A program made the position numbers and the translations under genes. Under the pieces are notes generated by a model. That model ran no database searches. It was not told the origin of the DNA and saw only the letters and a list, made by a program, of their open reading frames with translations. A DNA stretch of 63,955 bases, filler included, from Craspedostauros australis (lineage: Eukaryota), in NCBI GenBank assembly GCA_030167865.1. It is 7 parts of 7 records of this genome, joined end to end, with 100 filler letters (N's around TTAATTAATTAA, not from the genome) between each part and the next. Parts side by side here need not be neighbours in the genome. Positions count along the whole stretch, not along the records: positions 54,994 to 57,943 come from JALAGF010005347.1; positions 58,044 to 62,313 come from JALAGF010005349.1; positions 62,414 to 63,955 come from JALAGF010005353.1; 4 more parts are not named here. One strand, given 5' to 3'. Below are positions 55,089 through 63,955 of this stretch, one piece after another; position 1 is the stretch's first letter; every line of letters starts with the position of its first letter.

Positions 55089-57000
55089 TCATGACCTACT
55101 CTTCGATGGTTGCTGCTTCTTCTCCTCTGAATTATTTCTCCTCTTATCTCCGATCGGTTCTTGATAAGTGTGTGTCAGGCTTGCTTCCGCATGTTGCTGC
55201 TCGCCTCTGATAGTTTCTTCGATTGCAGGTGCTTTGCTGTCCGTGCCTGCAGTTGCTCCTGCTGTTTTTTCTCCACTGCCATTTGCTTCTCCACCTTTGG
55301 CGGGTACAGTCTCCACAGCATTCGGCACTGCTGCTGCTAACTTCTCCCTTCCGAGCTGCGCTTGTACCTTGTCTGCCCACCCTGCTTCATCTTGGTGAGC
55401 AATTTGGTGGCAAGAGTTTTGTATGATCACCGCATCCTCTCCTTTTGCGACTTTCTTCAAAGCCACAGTGGGTGCGATGCCACATTTCTTCAGCCACTCC
55501 TGTCTCTCCCGCTTCATGAAGCCACAAACATGAATGTAGCACCCAGGGCAAATCCATCTCGTCCTGGCTGAACATATAATGCAAGTTCCTCTTCTGTTCG
55601 GGTTGTACCATGATATGTGCTCTCCCTCTTGTAATTGTTTTGGAAGCTTCGTCTCCTCCTCCGAATGCAGGGAGGAGGACGAGCATACAAAGGGAATGAA
55701 TTGCACAAACATTGTATTGGTTGACATGAGGACAAAGTCTGGCATGGTTGTAGTAATCGCGATTCGAAGGAAGGAGCAGGTAGGAATAGCAGTTCTGAGT
55801 GACGCAAACACGCTCACCGATCACCAAAACATTCCCTTTCACACCATATATAAATGTGATATGAAACCTGCAGCATCTCTTCATCTGCTTTGATCAATGC
55901 TCGATATGAAGGGCAGCGCGACTCCAAGAATATGTGGATGGTGCTTGGGATGCCATGGACCCAGTGTGCTTTTGTCTGATGCGCCTCTTCCTCCCTTTGC
56001 GTTTCGGCTGTTGTCCTTGTTTTCATTTCCACGATATCAGCTTCGTCTGTTGCATCGCCTATGGGGTCTCCAACAATACCGATGAAGTTGGCAGATGCAC
56101 AAGTGTAGCCTTTGCCGCCCTTCTTCACCAGGCCCACCCTAAATGCTGCACTGAATTGGCTGCTTCCTCCAAGCATGCCCTGGCAGTCCATTGCCACTTG
56201 CATCAGTGGCTCCTCATTCATGTGGCCGAGTCTGGCATACCTGTTCGCCCGACCTTTCTGTGGTGTCATGAATCATGGCATCAGCGCTGTTTTGGCATGC
56301 TTTTCAGGATCTTCAGGTTCTGGAAGTCTGTGGAGCAATGGACCTCTGCCACGTCCAGATTTGCATCGTCTGCTGTCATGGTCATCGACCCGGCCACCAG
56401 AGGATCACTGGCTGCGGCTGGTGTCGCTGATGGTGCAGTAGTTTGTGTAGATTGGTTCGTTTCGATGATGCTGGTGTGGGATTGATTGTTGGTGGAATAC
56501 TCCTCCTCTGCTCCCACCTTGTCAGTCTGCGATGCTTGCTCATCGTCTTCCAATGCAACCGGATTCATAGATCTGAACTCTGCATTTGCGGAGTGCGATC
56601 GACATGTCTGAGAGCTGCCATGCCAAGACGAGGCAGAGATCCAAGACCTAAGATCAGGTTGATCAACTGGGTATTGAAATGGATGGGTTGGGGGACCACA
56701 ACAATCTGTGGTGGTACAGCTGAGTTGATGAACCTCATCAAGAAGCAATTCGTATATGTACCGACCGGCATTCCCCACCGAAACTGGGAACTCTTCATTG
56801 TCGGGATCAAGAAGGAGCCAACGAGGATCCATGCTTGCCAGCCATTCTGCCTCTGATTGGTTGTGCCCTTTGCATGGGGTGCTTGTGTTCATTGTGGATG
56901 CAGCATCACCTGCAGTAGTTGTGCTGAAATTTTTGGTAGAGGCATTGGCGGTTGGCGTTGTCATGGATGGAAGAAGGTTTCCTCATGATCCACCCTTGGC
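55089..57000 (-). pseudogene. Degenerate DNA-transposon-like gene: YqaJ/lambda-exonuclease-like domain followed by a piggyBac-type Cys-rich zinc ribbon
   Basis: ARLGHMNEE, VGLV...CASAN, IVEMKTR (55814-56269). RRGTCIICSARTRWICPGCYIHVC...CHQIAH (about 55400-55595). In-frame stops and frameshifts. Confidence 0.6.
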
Positions 57001-58339
57001 AATGTAGGAATCACCACTTCGATCAACATCAGCATCAATGTTATCAGCGCTGATGGCGTTGGATTCCAACACGCTATGAATGTCCTCGTCGCTTTCAGCC
57101 ATCAGGAGAACGAAGTACTCGATCACTGTCAAAGGTGTCATCAACGCAGTTGGGGTCGAGGTGGTTGTCGTCGCTGTCGTCATCAGTCCAGTCAACACTC
57201 TGTTTCACGAGGGATAGAAGGGATGTTGAAGCATGCATGATGCAGCAGAGTGATACAGAGTGTAGAAGGCAGCAATGGTTCGTAGGTATGCAGACGACAG
57301 TGTGGAACAAGGATCGGAANNNNNNNNNNNNNNNNNNNNNNNNNNNNNNNNNNNNNNNNNNNNNNNNNNCGGATGCAGATGGAGAAAGATGAAATCCAAC
57401 GGGTGTGTAGAAGACACTGACAGGCAATGCGAAAGGGAGATTGCGAGGCGAGCGATGAAGCTGCGGAGCGCAGTCTTGGTTTTGCTGGCTGGCAACAGCT
57501 GGATCAAGCCATGGCCCATCGCGGAGGCGAGTCTGGTGTGGTGACAGATGATGACGCCCGGAAAGCCTGGCTGCGATTTGGTTGGGTGGTGCGAGACAAA
57601 GTTTTGTTTCATGGAAGTGCGCAGAGCGGTGGAAGGTCTGGGCTGGAGGGTGGCATTGAGCGGTCTGATGGCGCAGGGCAGGCAATGGGGGATGAGCGTG
57701 TGGGTGACTACAGGACTGGACAGAATCGGATTGGACAGGAGGCCAGGAGTCCGGACGGCGACACCCACGTCCGCACATGGGCTATGGGGGTGACTCACTG
57801 CAGGTCAGCTGGGGGTGCGTGCATTGTGGCCTGGTGATGGTGCTCCAGGATACAAGGGCCACCTCCAGCACCCTGTGTGGGGCTACACAATCCCCCAGGT
57901 TGCGCAGTGTACAGGCACCTGGGTCTGTGGCTGTTAAAACGCGNNNNNNNNNNNNNNNNNNNNNNNNNNNNNNNNNNNNNNNNNNNNTTAATTAATTAAN
58001 NNNNNNNNNNNNNNNNNNNNNNNNNNNNNNNNNNNNNNNNNNNAACAACGAGCATCATCGCCCATTGTCTCTCACAGAACCCAGACGACGGATCTCGACC
58101 CACGGTACTTGGGCTACACAACCCACATGCATTGTCATACAGGACATCACAGGAGATTCCCCTCGAAGAAAAGAACCATAGCACTAATCTCATAATCCGC
58201 ACGTTTCTTCACCATCTACCAGTATTCTNNNNNNNNNNNNNNNNNNNNNNNNNNNNNNNNTCCGGATCGCTTGCCAGTCAAGCCTCTGCCTACAGCTAAA
58301 GAACAGCCAACAAGACAACAGCCATTACGTTTGGGCTCT

Positions 58340-61300
58340 ATTACTGGCAACGACCAGAATCCTAATCATGAGAGACATGACATGGATGGATCAGTCAATG
58401 GGCGATTTGAGAGTATTAAGAACGCCAACAGGTCAGTACTGATAGACCTGGGAAATGACGACTCTACATCGGGGAATGTTTCCCCAAATAGATGAGTGAC
58501 TTGGGAGCGACGATCGGATACCATCCAAAGCATGGAGACTGACGACGCTGATCAGAGCAGAAGAGCCAGAGACGATACAGATACAGAAGACGCTGCTCGC
58601 GGGCAAGATGACTTGCTCCCTACCCAAGGGGACAATGAATCGTACGATAACGACGACGATGAATCCGGAAGGGACGATGAGACGGGACGAGACGATATGG
58701 TCGAAGGCGAACCAAATACGGTCCCAATCGCAAGACCTGTTGCGCGCATGCCGAGGATGCTGAATGCTCTCGCGGGGTACAATAATACACCCATCCAAAG
58801 GAGGAGCGAGAACTTGGATCAAGTGGAGAATCAGAATCAGAAAGATGATGAGGGTTATGACACCACTCAAGAGACGACTACCACACTACCGGCGACAGGA
58901 GGACCCAACCATCATATTGATGGGTCAACATTCAACAGAGATATCGCAGGTATGATGAATGACACCACTCATGAGAGGATGAGTCTGGGTGACTTCATCA
59001 CTGCGAACCAAGCATTGAACTATCAACAGAACAAAGAGGGATCCGAGCAAGCAAATGACGCAATGATGCTGGATCCAACCACAATTGACGAATGACGGGG
59101 TCATGTGGATCCCGAGAAGAGCAATGAATGGCGGGAGGCCATGATAGTACGGTTCAGTGATATAGCCATGGCGTGAGCATGGGAGATGATCAAGAAGAAC
59201 CGGACGCCGAATGATCGGCGAGATACCACAAGCACAGATATGAGATCGGTGTGCGATGAGAATGAAATCGACGAGAGAGACTCGGATCTGGAAAGGATAC
59301 AGCTATGAGAGCGTGAGCCACGGAAGGCAGACTCCAGATACAGTGAGTCTAGATACGTCGATATACGATCAATGAGAGAGACGCGGGCATGTNGGATGAA
59401 GAATCGAATGACAGAGCCGGAAGGGAGGAACCTCAGATGAATGAAGGATGAATGGCAGGAGGCCACCAACAACTCCCATGACGAAGAAGCTGCAGCATGA
59501 TGAATCGATGCTATCCAGAAAAGGATGAAGGCGATCGACAACGCGGTTGCAAGGCAACACGACAACAGAGCTGGCAGCTTATTACAATGTGCCAACACCC
59601 AACGAGGGTGACGAACGAAGCATCAGAATCAGGAGATGACGATGACTACGCAACTGCACAGGAGACGAAGACTGCTCCAGTGGCAACAGACGGACCCAAC
59701 TTCGACCAAGACGGGTCAATCATCAACAAGGACGTCGCAGGTACGAGGATTGATGCTATCCTATGAAGGATGAGAGTGATTGACTTCATCGCTGCGAGTC
59801 AGGATGTTGAGAGCGAACGTGACAGCGAGAGAGATTCGTGCACATCAACACTGGAATGATGCCGAGTCTATATGCGCCTAAGGAATGATAGGATCATGTG
59901 GATCCTGACGAATGGAAGGGACGAAGTACGAGTGACTCGGAGGCAAGCTTCTGAAGGCACGGACCTCGAGTACTATCCCATGAGATCAGTGGCAAGGATG
60001 CCACGGATGCTACGCGGCTTGGCACCGCACAACAACATGCCAGAACACCACTCCGACACAGATTCAAGCAGTGGAGGTGGTGAGTCAGCTGAGGAAACAG
60101 AGAAGACCTCAGCAACCACAAGAGAGGGGTTAAGACGTCTGAAGCATGCATACACGGCTATGATGTTGGACCCCACCACATTTGGAGAATACTGGGATCA
60201 TGCGGATCCAGCGAAGCGAAAGAAATGGCGAGATGCCATCAATAAGGAGTTCTACAACATGGTCAGACGAGGAGTCTGGCAGAAGATCAAGAAGAGTGAG
60301 ATGCCAAGAGATCGGCGATGCGTGAAGACAAAGGGGGTATTCAAGGAGAAGAGGAACAGCGTATTCATCGCCAGACTCATTGCATGCGGATACTCGCAGA
60401 TCGCAGGAGTCGACTCCTCAACGCAACACACCCATGATGCATGACGCAACCTACCGCGGAATGCTCACAATGAAGATGCTACTGAACATTGGACAGCACC
60501 ACTATCAACCTTGAGACTGCATTTCTACATGGAGATCTCGAAGAGGAGGTCTACATGCTTTGCCGGAAGGGCATGGAGCATGTTAGGAATCAAGGGTACG
60601 ACTTTGTCGGAATACCCGTGATTGCCGCACCTCCCAACATTATTCGTCACAGCTTTGAATACTATTCGTCACATGTNNNNNNNNNNNNNNNNNNNNNNNN
60701 NNNNNNNNNNNNNNNNNNNNNNNNNNNNNNNNNNNNNNNNNNNNNNNNNNNNNNNNNNNNNNNNNNNNNNNNNNNNNNNNNNNNNNNNNNNNNNNNNNTA
60801 AGGGTACGGACGTGATTGACACCTGTACTACCGCGAGGAGGATAGCCTGTCCTCCAGTAACGCAAGGACGACACCTATGGCGAGTCAGGAGGTCCCGATA
60901 CCGCGCCAACCATGGCAACCATCCAGAAGACGATCAACGGACTCGTGCAAAGGGCAAGACAATGGAAGAAGCTGGTCGACATCCTACTCNNNNNNNNNNN
61001 NNNNNNNNNNNNNNNNNNNNNNNNNNNNNNNNNNNNNNNNNNNNNNNNNNNNNNNNNNNNNNNNNNNNNNNNNNNNNNNNNNNNNNNNNNNNNNNNNNNN
61101 NNNNNNNNNNNNNNNNNNNNNNNNNNNNNNNNNNNNNNNNNNNNNNNNNNNNNNNNNNNNNNNNNNNNNNNNNNNNNNNNNNNNNNNNNNNNNGATCGTA
61201 TCCAACCACGACGTGATGCAACTGCAATGGTACGGTACACCAGGAACACCAGGGCAAAGCATCCAAGAGGGATAGCGATTCACCCAAGGTGGACAGAGAC

Positions 61301-62033
61301 CGATACAGCAGATACCGAAGTGGAGTAGGTATGCTGCTATATCAAATGAAGCACTTCCAACCCGACATCACCAATGCAACGCGAGATCTGACCAAGATGT
61401 TGGATGGAGCNNNNNNNNNNNNNNNNNNNNNNNNNNNNNNNNNNNNNNNNNNNNNNNNNNATGCTGCTATATCAAATGAAGCACTTCCAACCCGACATCA
61501 CCAATGCAACGCGAGATCTGACCAAGATGTTGGATGGAGCCAACAGCTGCAGCATACAAGGAAATGCTGAGGATCATGAAGTGCATGTCGGACAGGAAAG
61601 AATATGGACTACGGATGAAGCCAAGTCCATTGGAGAACGATGCATGAAAGATTGTGATCTACACCAACAACGAATTCGGTGGTGACAAGGACAATCGCAT
61701 CAGCATGGGAGGACATATCGTCCTACTACAAGGAGTGCCGATCATCTGGAGATCGAGGGCACAGCACAGTATGACACTCAGCTCAACGGAGGCAGAGCAC
61801 GTTGTACTATAGGAGGCTGGAAATGAGATCCGCTTCCAGACTCAACTGATGAACAACATCGGGTTGAAAACACAAGAGCCACACCATCTGATTGTGGTTA
61901 GCAATGGATTGATGACGATGGTGAGAGAGAGGGAAGTAAAGGTGAAGAAAGAAAGAGAGAGAGAAGTAATGGTGATGAGAGTCAAGGGAGTATGAAGTCA
62001 GAATGATATGTTGTCGATGCGACAATGGAAGGG
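58340..62033 (+). mobile_element. Degenerate Ty1/Copia LTR retrotransposon pol region (pre-RT linker, RT, RNase H)
   Basis: DPTTF..WDH..KWRDAINKEF..M..GVW, FIARLIACGYSQIAGVD, ETAFLHGDLEEEVYM, YRSGVGMLLY, GGDKDNRIS, WRSRAQ..TLSSTEAE. Many frameshifts and stops. Confidence 0.92.
60581..60676 (+). mobile_element. Start of an LTR-like sequence interrupting the Copia RT region
   Basis: TGTTAGGAATCAAGGGTACGACTTTGTC...GATTGCCGCACCTCCCAA is nearly identical to 62034 onward and begins just after the EEEVYM motif. Confidence 0.65.
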
Positions 62034-62313
62034 TGTTAGGAATCGAGGGTACGACTTTGTCAAGATACCCATGATTGCCGCACCTCCCAAAANTATCAAT
62101 CACGACTGAAGTCAACTCTTGTTGATCACACCTTTGAGTCCTATTCATCACACCCGTGACTCAAGACGAACGTGACTGATCTCAGTCTTGACAAGAAAAC
62201 AAGCCTGTCCTCTCTGAATCAAGAAAAGCCACGACATCGAAAAACAGGATGTCCCAACATCAAGCATGACATCGCGACGATCCAAACAACGACGTCACAG
62301 GAGAAACATCGAT
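62034..62313 (+). mobile_element. Probable 3' LTR of the Copia element (truncated at contig end)
   Basis: Starts with TG directly after the purine tract GGAAGGG, downstream of RNase H. The first ~57 bp are repeated at 60581. Confidence 0.7.
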
Positions 62314-62413
62314 NNNNNNNNNNNNNNNNNNNNNNNNNNNNNNNNNNNNNNNNNNNNTTAATTAATTAANNNNNNNNNNNNNNNNNNNNNNNNNNNNNNN
62401 NNNNNNNNNNNNN

Positions 62414-62960
62414 GAGGCGGATGCGCTGTTGGAATGCCCTTTCGTAGGGATCCCCAGTCATGCGCACGATGTAGGCACTGTCAACACTGTCAACACTATC
62501 AACACTGTCAACACTGTCAACACCATCAACAAAGCATGCTGCTGCAGCTGCATGGAGCATGTCACTATCATGCGGAATGTAGTTGGCGCACTTGATAGAA
62601 AGGCGCATGACTGTCNGTCTTGGCTTTCTCAGCACCTGAACCATGTATGCCATTGCCATTGTGAGGCAGTTGAAACCTGAGGTCGAACAGAAGTCGTGGT
62701 CCTGGCGGACGTTCATGGGCAGAGAAGTGGGCCTCATCGAAGATCAGGTTGCCAGCGGTCTTGATACACCCCGAATCCAAGTCAATATATTTATGGAGCA
62801 TGGGTGTGGCAGTATGACCCACAAAGATGCTGTCGCAGGTATGGATGTCCAGCTTTGCGGCAGGATGGCTGCGCTTGCACACAACCACTCTGGAACCAAG
62901 ACTTGCGGGTGGCTCAGGTTGGGCTTTATGCCATGAGGAAGCTGGTACAGAGTGGTGTCA
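62414..62960 (-). mobile_element. Ty1/Copia post-integrase (SH3-like) remnant of a second element
   Basis: GIKPNLSH...AKLDIHTCDSIFVGHTAT...YIDLDSGCIKTAGNLIFDEAHFS. Confidence 0.75.
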
Positions 62961-63109
62961 ATGATGGAGTGNNNNNNNNNNNNNNNNNNNNNNNNNNNNN
63001 NNNNNNNNNNNNNNNNNNNNNNNNNNNNNNNNNNNNNNNNNNNNNNNNNNNNNNNNNNNNNNNNNNNNNNNNNNNNNNNNNNNNNNNNNNNNNNNNNNNN
63101 NNNNNNNNN

Positions 63110-63738
63110 GTTACGATTCTGTTTGCTATTTCAGTATGTTGCTCCGATGCCTCTCGGAGTCTCCCAATGCTCTTGGTGTCTCCCAACTATGAGTTGGCAC
63201 GCGAGATGCTCTCTTGCTGTTTCTTGTATTCTCTCTCTCTTGCATGTTGGTACTACGCAATATTCCGTACTCGATATGTACTCCGTATTCGATACGTAGT
63301 CAGTCCGCTCATCNNNNNNNNNNNNNNNNNNNNNNNNNNNNNNNNNNNNNNNNNNNNNNNNNNCCATGAGGAAGCTGGTACAGAGTGGTGTCAATGATGG
63401 AGTGCCAAAGCCTATTCTTGACATACACCGCATGTGCAAGGGCACAAACTTGGAACTTGGGATGCAGGGTGTTGGCAAGTTCCGTTCATGGATGCTCTTG
63501 CGACTGTTGACGATGGTGGTGGTGGTGGTGGTTACGATTCTGTTTGCTATTTCAGTATGTTGCTCCGATGCCTCTCGGAGTCTCCCAATGCTCTTGGTGT
63601 CTCCCAACTATGAGTTGGCACGCGAGATGCTCTCTTGCTGTTTCTTGTATTCTCTCTCTCTCTCTTGCATGTTGGTACTACGCAATATTCCGTACTCGAT
63701 ATGTACTCCGTATTCGATACGTAGTCAGTCCGCTCATC
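63110..63738. repeat. Near-identical duplicated segments flanking gaps (63110-63313 vs 63530-63738; 62931-62971 vs 63364-63403)
   Basis: Direct match differing only in a CT microsatellite length; each copy abuts an N run. Confidence 0.85.
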
Positions 63739-63955
63739 CTCCACTGGCCCACTACTCTGCGTGTAGTTGCCAATATCTCGTCCAAACTCCTCCTTGCATA
63801 TCCATGATCTCTATTGGCAAGTTCTGCTCATGGGTATTCTTGTGATTGCATACGACGGTGTTGGTGGTGGCGGTGGTTACAATTCTGCTTGCTATTTCAT
63901 TGCGTTGCTATTCCAATTCTGTCTCGGAGTCTCCCGACTATGAGTCGGCACGCGA

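Noticed and set aside
57370..57943. Possible Copia post-integrase fragment (HVRTW..VRTPG on the minus strand)
   Set aside because: Similarity is too short and frameshifted to support without a search.
53020..58345. Inverted copies at 53.0-53.4 kb and 58.0-58.3 kb as terminal inverted repeats of one large element enclosing the YqaJ-like gene
   Set aside because: Two artificial linkers lie between them, so relative orientation and distance are not established, and the copies are clearly diverged.
61330..61540. Direct repeat of ATGCTGCTATATCAAATG... on both sides of a gap (similarly 53151-53181 vs 53232-53262 and 63110-63738)
   Set aside because: Essentially identical sequence abutting N runs: unmerged contig overlaps rather than real repeats.
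26828..62369. Recurrent TTAATTAATTAA palindrome as a biological motif
   Set aside because: Always embedded in N runs and has stops in six frames: an artificial contig linker.

Overview
Eukaryotic nuclear DNA, most likely from a pennate diatom or other stramenopile. This is an inference from GT-AG introns, bipartite plastid presequences, diatom-type PPR and LRR proteins and Copia remnants. The window is not one continuous molecule: six artificial N-TTAATTAATTAA-N six-frame-stop linkers (26828, 31439, 50537, 54938, 57988, 62358) join separate contigs, so neighbourhood across a linker is unreliable. Positions 1-52.6 kb are gene-dense: DJ-1/Hsp31, a giant LanC-like protein, a GT25-domain protein, a SAM methyltransferase, a small secreted protein, an ANK+ARM protein, a duplicated tail-anchored protein, an RNI-like protein, a plastid PPR protein, PXMP4, a plastid-targeted FemAB/GNAT-like protein, CNOT9, PA28, an 8-exon LRR gene, NDUFS6, PRP4 kinase, a MOB protein and two hypotheticals. 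Two MITE families are interspersed. Positions 52.9-64 kb are transposon debris (a degenerate YqaJ-nuclease plus piggyBac-like Cys-rich element, and Ty1/Copia fragments). Most notable: (1) a 2296-aa LanC-like protein that has lost all three Zn ligands and carries a thrice-repeated ~26-aa motif in its tail; (2) an LRR gene built from symmetric phase-1 exons of 1-3 whole repeats; (3) a MOB protein lacking all four Zn ligands; (4) the YqaJ plus Cys-rich element; (5) two hAT-like MITE copies whose inner flanks match at 7/8 bp. No CRISPR, rRNA or tRNA was recognised. All family assignments rest on motif recognition, not database searches.
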